Source: Marsupella aquatica (lineage: Eukaryota; Plantae; Marchantiophyta). From it: a stretch of DNA of 64,000 bases. Below the pieces are notes generated by a model. That model searched no databases, was not told the DNA's origin, and saw nothing but the letters and a program-made list of their open reading frames with translations. The stretch is taken from contig OZ316891.1 in NCBI GenBank assembly GCA_973895155.1, positions 17,169,995 to 17,233,994 of the forward strand, in the 5' to 3' direction. Position 1 is the stretch's first letter. Every line of letters starts with the position of its first letter. This document shows, one piece after another, positions 1 to 12,313 of this stretch. A program made the translations under genes and the position numbers.

Positions 1-1213
1 AGCACTTTCTGACCATGATCCTGTGGTGCTACAACTTTGACTGGGAGCCAGAGAGATTACCAGTTGTCCTCCGGGTGGGCAGGTGTGGTTTAAAGCAAAC
101 CCGGCAGTGGTCAAAAACAAGGATCATTTGAAGGCATTGGAAGGGGCCTGGAAGCTAGAGAAAGGTGAATGTGCAGAGCCGTTGCTGGCATTTGAATGGG
201 CGTCCTATCAAATGCGCAAAATGTACCGTTTAAAACATGGCTCCCCTAAAGCCAGGGTGGAAGAGATGAACGCCCTATAGGATCGATTATGGACTCTAAA
301 GGAGTCCATGTTGGAGGACAATTCGAAGGAAGATATGAGAGAATACATAGATGTTGAGGACCTCTTGCATGCAGCGGAACTGGAAGAGGCACATGCTGGA
401 CGACGACTAGCACGGATCAAATGGTTGGGGGAAGGAGAGGAACCCACCAAGTTCTATTTTTCTACGGTAAAAGCTAAGCGAAGCAGGGAAGCTATGAGAT
501 CTCTTATCACTGAAGGAGGAGTGGAGGTCACTAAGCCAGTTCAAATCCTGAAGGAAGTAGTACGACACTGCCTAGAGCTGTATGCCCCCTGATCTTACTG
601 AAGGCGAGCGTGGGGAGATGAGGCGAGCTAGGAGTTCACTCCTTGCTCACACTCATCACACATTAATTTACGCTGAACTGACCAGACTAGAAGTGCTCCC
701 CAGTGGCAAGGAAATTAAGGATACTCTCTGGCTGATGCCTTCTGATAAGGCCCCCGGCCCTGATGGAATGACGGCCGAGGTCTATCAGGCTTGCTCGGAC
801 TTTATGGAGATGGATCTCATAGCCATGATGCAAGTGTTCTGGCTGTCTGGTAACTTAGTTGCTAGCATCAAAGATGGTATCATCAAATTTATCCCCAAGA
901 AACTGGATAAGCAGTTCTTGAAGGACTGGAGGCCCTAACAATGTTGAACACCATTTACAAGCTCATTGCCAAAATATTGGCTAATAGGCTAATGGTTCTC
1001 CTCCCTAAGCTGATTAATGCACAGCAGATAGGATTCATTCCTGGCAGGAATATTTTAGAAAACATCTCATTGGCCTGGTTAACCTGTGACTGGGCAAAAA
1101 ACAAGAAAAGGGAATCCTTGTTTCTCAAATTAGATTTCAAAAAAGCATTTGATAGAGTCAATCAAGAGTACATCTGGGAGACCATGCACTTGTTAGGGAT
1201 TGGCAGGACTTCA
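1..1213 (+). pseudogene. LINE ORF2, 5' segment (end of endonuclease, start of reverse transcriptase)
   Basis: ORF pieces 83-280, 308-592, 582-938 and 941-1213 carry WLGEGEEPTKFYF, KAPGPDG and LDFKKAFDRV, broken by stops and frameshifts. Confidence 0.93.
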
Positions 1214-4200
1214 TGTGGTGCGTCCCATGGCGCCCAAAACCCAAGAAACCCCCCGGCACAAGGCGATTCCCGTAGGTTTCGTCCTCGACGAGGCCGTTTC
1301 CACGGCTTAGCAGCATGGGACGCTGCTAATCTCCTCTACTACTACGATTAACATTTTACACACATATACTGGACAGATCCTTCATCGGGTCATGAGATAC
1401 TTAGCCGGCCTATTCTAGGCCCTCCCTTGTATTCCTCTCCTAGTCTTCCATTAGGTATGTTTGGATTCCGCCGCCGGAATGATCCCCAATTGGCTTGGTT
1501 AAGCCGCTAAGACCTCTCTCAGCTCGACACATCCATCTCTCACTCCCTTGCTACTTCCCTTCATTGATGTGGGCACTCTTCACACAAGTTAATGCGACAC
1601 ACAAATAGCAAAATGACTCCTTCTAACTGAGTTATACCATGCACTTGCCATACAAACAGTACATCTCATACACAAGCTCTGCGAACTAAGCCATGAGGCC
1701 AACTCTATTCAGTTCTTAGGTATGAGGAAACATGAATATACACAAGGGTCACTGTATAACTAACCGAGAGCTTCTCTTACTACTTGATCCCAGCCCTGCT
1801 GGTGCAACTAAAAACTTGCTAAAGAAGAGGCCCTTAACTCCCCGCAGCCCAGGTACTTATCCTGGTTGTGATCCGCCTGATTCCTTGTAGCGTAAGCCTA
1901 ATCTACTTACTGTAATCTACCTAACTATAATCTACCTATGTACAGCGAGATAGGAGCACAAGTGTCGCCCTCACTCGTGGATCCGCAATCCCTCTAATCT
2001 AAGTGTCAGGGCCGTCTCCTGGTCCTGATCCTTAGTCTAAACTTGGAGATCAGCGCCCGCCCTGCCCACTCACGCCTCCTACCTCCACGTCCGCCCTCCC
2101 TAAAAGGGACGGCTCCCTTACACCATCACGACCCTGGTGGCTGGTCCTCAATGGACGCCCCCAACGCTTCCTCTGCAGCCACTGCCGTTGGTCAGTCCTC
2201 TAACAGATTACCTGCCCCGGACCGAGTCAACTCTTCATCGGCTTGACTGGGTCCACCCTCGGCTTGGGCCTCAGCATCGGCCACGGCCTCCCCGACATGT
2301 TCTAGTGGAGGATCTGGTACCTCGGCTTCATTATTGGTTGTCCTGGCCTCGGCCTTGCCATCCCCACTTCCTAGGACTGGTGGATCCACCGCCGTGCCGA
2401 TGCCGGAGGTTGGTGCCGGGTTTATCTTCTCGGTCACAACGGCTTGAGAAGCAGTATAACTCCCAAACCTAGAAGGTTTCCGCTTCTTCTTCTTCCCTAT
2501 TTCGACAGCCGGTTCCTTCCCCTTGCCACTTACCTCCGGCACCGGGGTGAGTGTCTCGGCTTGTCCTTTGGCCAATACTACCCCTGGTAACTAGGTTGCC
2601 CCAATTGGAGTTGGACCTGATGAAGCCAAGCATTTAAATACTGCGGCTTGTTTCTTCAGCCGCTCCGTTTGGTTGTCGGCCCGCCGCTGTAGGTTCTCCA
2701 TCTTCCTCGTGATTTCCTCCAACTCCTCCTGGGTCTCGTCCAGGTCCTTGCGCGCCTCCTCCAGCTCCTTTCCGGCTTCCTCCAATTCTTTCTTTAAGGT
2801 AGCCCTCTCCTCCTGGGTTGCTCTTAGCTCCTTGTCAAGCTCTACTACGACCATAGACTTCATCTTATTCATCTTGGCATAAGTCTGGTCGAGCTGGTTG
2901 TCCTTTTCATGCAGGTCGGCCTTGAAGCTGGCCGTCAGGGATGCAAGCTCCTGCTGCAGTGCAATAATCCCTTGATAGGATTTCCCTAACTCTGCTTCCT
3001 TCTGCTCAAGGGCTCCGCGGATATCTTCGAGCTCTCCTTTCAACGCCCTCTCCCTTCTCTGAGTCTCCGCCATGGCCCGGTTGTTGGCGGTTAAGTGGGC
3101 CTCCTCTGCGTCCCTTAGCTCCCGCTTCCATTTCTCTCTTTCCTTGACTGCGCCGGCCAACTCTCCTTGGGTCCGAGTTAGTTTTTCTTTGATAATCTGA
3201 TTGTCAGACTGAGCGGTATCCAACTACCCCTGCATGATGTTTAGCTCATGCCGCTTAATCTGCAGCTCATCTTGGGCTTTCTTGGCCACCTGCAGGACTT
3301 CCACCTCGGCTTCCTTCTCCCTAAGCCGTCGGATGACCTCGTCCTTCTTGCTTCTCTCCAAAGATGGCTTCTTCTAATCGGTGCTTCTCCAACCTCTCCC
3401 TCTGGAAGAAAGGTCCCTGCTCCAACTCCTCCCCAAAGCTGCTGAGCGCCAGGTCCCCACACATCTCCCCGTACTCCATGGCTCTATCTTTAGCATAGGT
3501 GGAGTAAGTAGAAGTCATCGGCAACAACCACCTCGGCCTCTGTTCCCAAGCTGCCTTGCGAATTTCTTCTACGGTGGCAAGAGGGTTGCTTTTTTTTTTC
3601 GGCAAGCCGCTTGATGTCCTCCGGCCAATCTCCTCCTGGTAAATCTTTCTCTAGCCAGGGCTGCCCTCTCTTCCTCCCTGAGTCGCTCCTGAAAATCTTG
3701 TGTCGTCTGCTTTATGCCGTCAAAGCTCGGGGGAGCAACCTCTGGTGGGGGAGACTCGGGGCTACTTTGCTGGGTGGGGTCCCCTCGAACTACTTTTGGA
3801 AGCATGGGGATAAATCGGCCATAGGTCCTTACTCCTGGAACATGATGATCCGACCCATAGCTGGAGTTATCATTACTGTAGTCCTCCACCGCCTCCTCCA
3901 CTGCTTGGACTCCCTGCTTCCCCCTCTGTTCCCCTGGTCCTGCCGTGAAAATGGCCTCACAGATCCGGGCCCTTGTTCCTCCTCTGGGTTCCAGGCTGTC
4001 CTCTCCCTCTGCTCTCCGTGGGAAGGAGCCTTAGGCTGCTCTGCCTCCGATTCAGGGCTTGAGGCTCCCACATACATTCGCACTCCCGGCTTGTGTTCCG
4101 GCCTCCTTCTCTCCTTGGCTCCGGTAAAGGGGTTTTCCCTCCTGAGTCGGCTTAGGCCGGCCTCTGGGGCAGTGTCCTGTACCGGTGCCGGTGCCGTTGC

Positions 4201-5929
4201 CGTTGCTGGTGCCGTTCTCTCCTTCTCCAGCATTTTCAATAGATTCTGCATGCCTGATTGCTGCATCGGCAAGTCTTCTTTCCTTGCCCGAAACACCTGC
4301 TCGATCATAGGACTGACAGGCTGGTTGGGCTCTTCTGTTGTCGGCCTTTGCTCCGGAACCTCCTCCGGTGCCCTTGCCGATAGGGGAAGTATTGGGGCAA
4401 AGATTTGACTTCTGGCATACCGGCACAACAGCGGCATGTGATAGCCAAGTTGGGACACGCTTCCCACGCCGATCACCTACTGTTCCTCCTTCAAGATTTT
4501 CTTTAGTTAGTTGAGGAGGTACCCGTTGTAATCCCGACTTGGGTCTAGCCTTTCTGCCAGGTAGACCTGAGCCTTGCCGATCTCTGCCCTCGGCAAGTTA
4601 CAATGCATGGTCACCCGCAAGAAATCAATCATCTCTCCGATGTGCGGGTTGGTGCAGGTGTTCCGGAAGAATCCATTCTTCATTGATGGTCCTGGGAACG
4701 ACCGGAACTCCTTGTCAGGTAAGGTCTTCCTGGTATCAACCTTGGTCTTATTACCCATCGGCAAGCCAAACACCTCGGCAATCACCCAGGGAGTGAGATA
4801 GAAATCCTTCCCATACACCCTCGTGGAATTGGTCTCGGGTTCCCATGATCCCACGAATTCTAATAAGTCTAAGTCCGGCACCTCCGGCTTCAGCCATGGT
4901 AATCTTACGAAGGCTTCCAAGCCGGATCCGGCCATGAAGCCCTGGTACTTCTTGGTCTGCATGGCCGTAAAGCATGCATCCTCCTCCCGTGCAAAATGTA
5001 ATTGCACTTCCTCTGGTAGGGTCGCCGCCCAGCCTTTCCAGGTGTCATCATTTGTTGGAATGGCATTGATGGGATCAACCTCCTCCTCTTTGGCTTCTCC
5101 CTGCCTCCTGTTCTGCTACTCTGCTGGATTCCTTGGTGCCGCTGACCTCATTTTTTTTCCGGGGTGGCCTCTTCGTTGTTGTTTCCTTTCCTCTCCATCT
5201 CGGCTGCCGTGGATGTTTCTCCTAGCACAGTTGCCTTTGTCCACCCTTCCGTGCTACCCTTCAACTCCCAGTGCACGTCGTTGCAGCGGTTGATGGCTTC
5301 CTGAATGCCGACGATTTTGTCTTCACAAAACAAAAGGTCATCGAGCTGATTGGCAGTAGGAGTCCACAAGAACTCAGCCTTGATGAGTTCTCCTCCTAAG
5401 AAGGCAGACTTCTGCAACTCCCATAGTCGAGCGAGCTCCTGCCATTCTCAAGCTGCTCTCTCCGATTCTTCGTCCTCGTAAGTCCCAATGTACTCAGTTG
5501 CCCGTTCGAACAGGCATCCCCAAAAATGTGTCGCTTGATTGACGTTGCTCATACCCTCCTTGACTCGATCGTTGGTATCTGTTCCCACCCAGAGTGCTTG
5601 CATAAGTAGGTGACAATATTTGGCCTCTCGTAGTCGTCTGCCCAGTTTGTGCTTGCAAATGAGCCACTATTCCTCAAGAGCGGTCCTTACCCCACTCCTC
5701 CTCTGGTCTTCCTTCCCGTTGGTCACCCCTAGCCGCCGACGCTTAGCGCACCCTAACCCTAATCGTGTTCTCTCCCCCGACGTCCTTACTTCCGGCCTCG
5801 GCCCGGGTTCCATAGTCACCCTTAATTGTTTATATTTTCCTTGTCTTGTTACTATACTAAGGTGTTTCCAGGGTACACTCCTGCTTTTACCATGTAAACC
5901 GGCCTAGTGATTCCTGGCTAGGCATCACA
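1214..5929 (-). mobile_element. 4716-bp TGT...ACA insert (insert 1), putative giant gene-bearing solo LTR
   Basis: Splits the LINE RT. Starts TGTGGTGC and ends GCATCACA (7/8 inverted match). CTTCA is duplicated at 1209-1213 and 5930-5934. No gag, PR, RT, INT or internal direct repeat seen. Confidence 0.85.
2060..5813 (-). pseudogene. Insert-1 gene: plant-mobile-domain-like region, low-complexity linker and long coiled coil
   Basis: ORF 4507-5007 has GLEAFVRLPW...LTPWVIAEVFGLP...KNGF..C....EMIDFL. ORF 2591-3223 is a heptad-rich coiled coil. The segments are joined by stops and frameshifts, and both ends are approximate. Confidence 0.65.
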
Positions 5930-7927
5930 CTTCATTTCATCATGTTAGTCTAGGCCCTGCTAGCTGAAGCATCATCGCGGGTACAGGTAAATGGATTGAT
6001 GTCTGAAACCATTGGGCTGAAAAGAGGTGTTTGACAGGGTTGCCCACTTTCACCCTTACTCTTTGTCATTTCCACACAGCCTCTTATGGATCTCATGGAT
6101 GCAGAACTACTGGCAAGGACTAATGGGGATACAGATATCGGCGGAACTGACCCTTTGTTATCGATTTTTTGCGGATGATCTAGGAATGCTAATCCCGGCT
6201 GCAGAGGAGAGCTTTCACATGGCCACAACAGTGTTGCATTGTTATGAATCTGCAACTAGTGCTAGACTTAATCTACGCAAGTCTGTGGTCATACCATTGG
6301 CAATGATTGCTATTCCTAGGTGGTTAACAAACACTGGATGTGTGATTAGTAAGCAAGGGGAGCTGCAAAAATACTTGGGTGCTCCACTGGGGGTGGAACT
6401 ATGGACCGATCATCTCCACCGCTTTGTTCTTGATAAGATTGGTGCTCGCTTGTCATCTTGGGCAAATAAGCTGTTGTCATTTTCTGGGAGGGTCCTCTTG
6501 ATCAGACATATCCTACGGGCCATACCCGTCTACCATTCGATGTTTCTGAAAGCCTCGGAGGGCCTGGCGAAGAAATTGATAGCACTCTGTCCGGATTTTC
6601 TGTGGGGCTACAATTCTGAAGGAGGCAGAAGAATACCTCTGGTTTCTTGGGCTAGAATGGTTAGGCCTAGGATGGAGGGGGGCTTGGGGCTGAAAGACTT
6701 TTGCTGCCACTCGGATGCTCTTCTCTCGAAATGGTTCACTGGAGCATTGGACTCCCCTCACTCGGAATGGGCCTGCCTCTTTGCAGAAAATCTGAAACTG
6801 GTCAGTTGGCTGAATTATAAGTGGATCAGGAGGAACCAGTATTCTTTCAAGGATAAGATGTTGCTCTGCTTTCCCCGAGCATTCAATGGCCTCACATACA
6901 CTGGAGGGTTATGGAAGCTTGGATACAATTACGCCCTAATTTGGTCTTTGCCCCCATGGATCTTATGCCTGGTAGGTGGAATGTAATGGACACAATTCGC
7001 TGCCTTCGGGGCTTTCAGTCTTGGCCGAATGCGGACTTCACAATGGTAACCGTGATTTGTGGCCGTTTGGGCATTTGCTGCCTCCAAGATCTATGGTCAG
7101 CTGAGTTGAGAACATGGCAGGATTTGTCTGTGCAACTGGCACATATTAGAGGATTCACTACACGTGAGCGTGGCTGTTGCAGAGAGTTTCTGGAGAAGGT
7201 CTCAGAAACTGATGGCTGTAGCATGCACTATGTTACTAGAGCCCGCTGTTGGCGATGGGCGGACCGTCCGGCCCTGATGAATGCTTTTAGACTCACCAAT
7301 AGGAGGGCCTACTCTATCCTTTGCCCTACTGTAGAGGATTTTCTTAGCTTGAACCGCACTTGGGGCAACACAAAATCAGCTGAGGAATGGAAGGAGGCCT
7401 GGACTGGACTGTGGAGGTCTAACCTATCCTCACGGGCTAAAATTTTTGTTTGGAGAGTCCTGGCCTCAAGATTATTTACGGGAGTCCAAGCGGTTCGCAT
7501 AGGCAAGGGAGATGGATTTTGCAAGCTGTGTCACGGTGTCACTGAAACCATCCCCCACCTCTTTGCTCAGTGTGAGCATGCGCACAAATGCTGGGCCCTA
7601 GGTGCTCGGTGCTTCCACGACACCTTTCCTGATTACTCGAGTAGGCTACTAGCCATGTTGGATCTGACAGTTGGCAGAGAACACAGCACAATTGCTAATC
7701 TTTTCATCTTTTACCAGATCCTCTGGTCATTATGTTTAGGACAGAATGTGCATGAGTTTCAGACAAATGGCTGCAGGAAATTTGATCTTCAATTTATACT
7801 ATCGGAAGCAGCTGACCATGTTACTGCGGTGGGTGTGAGCTTGCCATTTGGCAGGCGTCGCACCAGATTGATGCGTGTCAAAGAACTTATCAATCAAGAG
7901 CGAGTTGTGTGGCTAAATAGCCGTTAG
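5930..7927 (+). pseudogene. LINE ORF2, 3' segment (RT core and zinc-finger region)
   Basis: Reading resumes right after the insert with ...SRVQVNG...RGV*QGCPLSPLLF. ORFs 6027-6986 (FADD, KYLG) and 6911-7927 (zf-RVT). Confidence 0.93.
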
Positions 7928-10590
7928 GTGCGGATCACGTCTGGCTGAGGTTATCTTTGGACCTCATGGATGTAGTCTATTGATGCCTTGGCTCATGACT
8001 GTTAGCGTGGACATTTGTGATAATTTTATAGCTGATTAGTCTATCGTGCTCAGTACTGGCCCCTGGTTTCTGGCTGCTGGCCCAGGCATATGAGAGCTTA
8101 GTTTAGTTGGTTAGTTCGCCTTGCTAGGTATTGGCCTCTGAATTCTGGTCGCGCATGGCATGCTTGGCTTGTTGCTGGCACTTGTCGCCGATTTTTGGCA
8201 AACACAGTTTGCTTCACTGGCTGTCCTTTATGTGGCGCACGACTGCTTCTGGTTCTTTTGGTGTTGTTTGCGGTGTCCCCCTGCCATGGGGTCTTTCGTG
8301 GCTACATTAATAAACAAAAAACAAAATTTCAAGGAAAATCCGTTATTTTCTATCCGAGCCCCTTTTGAGCCTCAAGCCTTTGCTTTCCCAAGTCAGCATT
8401 CTCACAGAATCTGTCTTTTGAGCAGCCTTTTTTGCATAAGAAGGCAAGACAAACGGCTTCTCCGGGGTTTCCATTGCATTCCTAGCAACTTTCCTCCGTA
8501 GTTGAAAGCGCTTCCAAAGATTCCACTCAGACCTGGAAAGTTGAATCAGATATCTTTAGTCGGATCCGAGAAAATGGTGGAATTTTGGAGACACTAACGT
8601 CACCCTTAAAAAGAAAAAAAAGACAAGGAAGCTAAAGATCATTACTCAGAAGACTCTTCACTATCTTCAGATTTAGAAGACCCGAAGTTCACCATTTTCT
8701 TGGAGGCATCATCATCTTTGGACTGTTGAGTACCATTGCCTCCATCATTGTCCTCGTTAAAATCAAAATTAAGAACAGCACGGAGTCTGTCTTGCTTCTT
8801 ACTCCCCACCTGCCGGTGCAGAGGCATGGACGTGGAGGCCTCTTTGTTCTTGAGAAGTCCAAAGAAAACTTTTGTGGCAGTGTCAAGAAACTCTTTACGA
8901 TTTTCAATCCCGACTACAAACCTCCCACAATGATCTCGAGCAACAATGTACTTCCGGCCCCGACAATCCAGTCCATGACAATATCCCCAGGGAGGGTAAT
9001 TAATTCTAAAACTGACTGCATGAAACCCACAGGCAGCCTTGAATTCCTAGCAAACGCAAGCTCCGGCAGAGGATCATTTTTTGGCACGGGAAAACCAATG
9101 AGATTGGTTATCGAAGGATCCTCTGTATGTGAAAGAGGGCAAAATTTGGGATCCTTCGGGACCCTACCTTTGGGCAAAACATGCCCAAAAACATTGAGAG
9201 TGAGCGTAAAAATCTGCACATCAAATAACGTTTTGTTCAGAATAAACATCAGATACTTCGTCAAGAATATGGAAACCATTCATGAAGAGGATATGCCACA
9301 CTAGCGCCTGGCGCTAGTGTCACCGTCAATCTCCAAAGGAGGACACAAAACAAAAACTCTAGAATAGCTCCACGCGCTATTATATGTACCTGCATATCCG
9401 AGCAAGGCCTCTACATTGGAGTGCCCATCACAACATTGTGTGTCGAGATACACTGAAATTTCTATGAATCTTGACAAGCTGCAATGACTTTAGAGACTTG
9501 GTCATAGTCGCCCCTGTGCAAAATCGCTAGCAATCCATCATCCGCTAGGAAAGGATCCATTGTTCTGAAGAAGGCACTTGGAATCGTATAATCTTGAAGG
9601 TTCCATTTAGGAACCTTCCTATCCACAAGTGTTGGTTTTAACCCAGTCGGAAGATATATGAAACCAGCATCAACTCCAAAAGCTCTTTCCTTTCCCCCTC
9701 GGACAACCCCTTTTGCTCGATCCCTAGACTTCACCAGCTCTTTCCCCCAACCTTCAATATTAGAAACCCAATCCGGCTTTTCTCCCTTGTTAAACAGGGG
9801 ATCAAAACATCTGTAACACTCGACTCCACAAAACAATGTTGAGTACACTTTTGTTTGAAATTCTCCACATCTCTCTGCAATCCAGTAGACGCAACTGAAT
9901 CTCGGGAAGAAGATCCAAGCCTATCATCAAGTGGTCCTCTCTTTTTCTTCTTCTTCATACTTGCCGCGTCCACTGGAACCACTGCCTTTCCACTCTCCCC
10001 AGGGGTTCCCGAATCTGGTGTATTTTCTGCACCAGTGTTAGCTTCAGAGGCCTGAGGAGTAGCATCATCTTTTACATCAGCGGTGGCATCCGACTTCCTT
10101 CCCCCTGAAAGACAGAGATACGTTACTAAATGGAACTAGTTCTCATAATAGCGCTCGGCGCTAGTATCAATTGGAGAGAAATATGTCATACGAACAAGAG
10201 CGAGAATCCCTTACTGAATCCTATGAGGCATACTTATGTTTTTTAAGAGATCGAGTTGATTCACTGGGAGCTGCAGATTCATTCTTGGCCTTCACTCTTG
10301 GCTTTCGGCTCTGATCAACATGCATGACATCTGTCTCGCATTTCTTCTGCAGCTCAGTTGTCAACACGTCCACTTCAATCGCAAGACCCTACTTCATTTC
10401 CAAGACATACCTTGCTGGGATTTGCAACTTTTGCAACTTCATGAAAGCGTCTTTCTCCACCTTGTCGAAAGGCAGATCCCATTTGTCAGTGTCTAAATAC
10501 CATGGGCAGTGGAGTCTCTCCCACTCTAACAAGGCTTGGGGTGGAAAATTTCCCTCAGTTCGGTACATCGAATACAGATCAACAAGATGG

Positions 10591-10647
10591 TCACCATCTT
10601 TTATCATCACCCATCTTTTATCATCACCCATCTTTTATCATCACCCA
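10591..10647 (+). repeat. 17-bp tandem repeat (TCATCACCCATCTTTTA, ~3.4 units) at a deletion junction
   Basis: Directly visible. It replaces sequence equivalent to ~27325-28135 of copy 2. Confidence 0.85.
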
Positions 10648-11764
10648 CTGGTCTTGTGGCATCTTGTGTGTATACCAAGAACCCTTGCGAGTCTTCTTTC
10701 AAATGGCTTCAAACTTTGCATAACTTGTAGCATCAATGAGGGGTTTGTAGTGCTCTAGGTTGCGTGATAAAAGACAAGAGATTTTGTCGGCATCAAGAAT
10801 CCAAGACGGCTCGACCACAACTTGTCCCAAATTACGTCAAAATCTAAATGGAAATTAGCAGCGTCGGGCACTAGTAAAACACCAAATATAATATCACATC
10901 AAAAACCCATCTTGAACTAGTAAGTCATATTAAATGAGGTTGTCCTGAACAATGACTTACTGGTTGACAGCGTGCATGGCAGCCTCGAGCTCCACGAGGG
11001 AACCTTTATCTCCATTGAAAACAATGCAAGTCACACGAGGGTGGTACTTAATGTTGTCCGGATGCTCTGCTGTCACAATCAACCACGAATACAAATGGTG
11101 ATTTCCATCAAAGACACAAAACATCTTGTCTTTCAAAAATTTGAAATCAAGATCAGCGTCACACTCTTCCTTGAACTTGTCATTCTTGGCCACCCAAATT
11201 GGGTCCCAAGAGGCTCTAATCTCATTAGTGCAAATTTGTGGAACCCCATCCGTATTTGTTGGCTGTACGTAAAATGGCATGCCCATGCGCGAATTGTATC
11301 TAGAAATCCGGAATGACTCCTTCAATTTGTCGATGGAGGCACTTTGCTTCTACAACATCCGCACCACTTCCATATGAATCAATCGACATAGAGGAATTTG
11401 TGGAGGTGTGACGCCGCCGGTACCGTGGGTAATGAGTGATTCGGCCTAACAATGCTTAGCACGCGCGTTAGGGGTATCTTAGGCCATAATTATTAGCATA
11501 ATGATAGTATTTAGGTAGCCATTATGAGTAGGAAATCATTAGTCAATAAGGGGCATTCGTGTTCGGGCTGGCGGCGGGTTGCCATCACATGCCCGGGTTG
11601 CAAGCGTGTAATGGGCCCTCACCTTTCCCCCTTGGGTCCGTATAACAAAGGCAGACACTGACACGAGCTGACCCGGACCGGCAGAGTGGCCGGGACACTA
11701 CAAGCGTGAAAGGCTCGGCCTATAAGCGACGAGGAGGCGTCAGGCAATCGACGAGCTCTCAGGG

Positions 11765-11771
11765 TATAAAA
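11765..11771 (+). promoter_or_regulatory. TATA box upstream of the insert-2 ORF
   Basis: gggTATAAAAggggg about 0.55 kb upstream of the first clear ORF segment (12314). Confidence 0.45.
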
Positions 11772-12313
11772 GGGGGCCAATCCTTTGCACTGCACCAGTT
11801 ATTCAGTCCACGCGCCAGCTTCGACCCCAGTTCTCTCGCTTATCCTTAGTCGCCTTCTATCTCCTCTGAATGTTGCACACAATCCTTTCCAGTTTGGCCA
11901 TACGATTCTGGACGCAGTTCCTGTCTATCGGAGGGCACTTGGCCGACTCATTGAAACACGCCAACCCGCGCCAATACAAAATCGAATGCAAATATGAGAG
12001 AGCCATCCGCCTAGCAGGCCACCACCACTATCTCCTTAACTTTGATTACCCATCCTAGAGCAAGCTTTACCGACCCAAAGAGATATCAAGGTACTTCTTC
12101 AACAAAGGCAAATATATCGGCTTCTAGGAGGCACTGCTTCGGCTTCCGGACCAGGTCTTCAATATCCCGGGCACGATCGACTTACAGCGACACCACTTCA
12201 ACCACATCCCCGCTCGGGTCCGGGACATCATCAACAGCGAGTCCAGCACTACCCAGTCTACAAGGGCATCTACACTTGCTTCGGAAAACCTCTACCAGCA
12301 CCTGCAGAATTTC

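Larger units (their letters stand above)
1..8325 (+). mobile_element. L1/Tx1-clade LINE retrotransposon (5' part outside window), interrupted by insert 1214-5929
   Basis: ORF2 motifs in order: endonuclease SDH (~8-16), KAPGPDG, WRP, LKLDFKKAFDRV, QGCPLSPLLF, FADD, KYLG, then zf-RVT (CKLC...ETIPHLFAQC). ORF2 ends at 7927, followed by a 3' UTR and an A-rich tail taataaacaaaaaacaaaa (~8307-8325). Confidence 0.95.

Noticed and set aside
2591-3223. Host myosin/SMC/tropomyosin gene
   Set aside because: Generic coiled coil lying inside a TSD-bounded insert, with a similarly placed coiled coil in insert 2.
3611-5293. Long plus-strand ORFs 3611-4408 and 4823-5293
   Set aside because: Antisense shadows of the minus-strand insert-1 gene, with no motifs.
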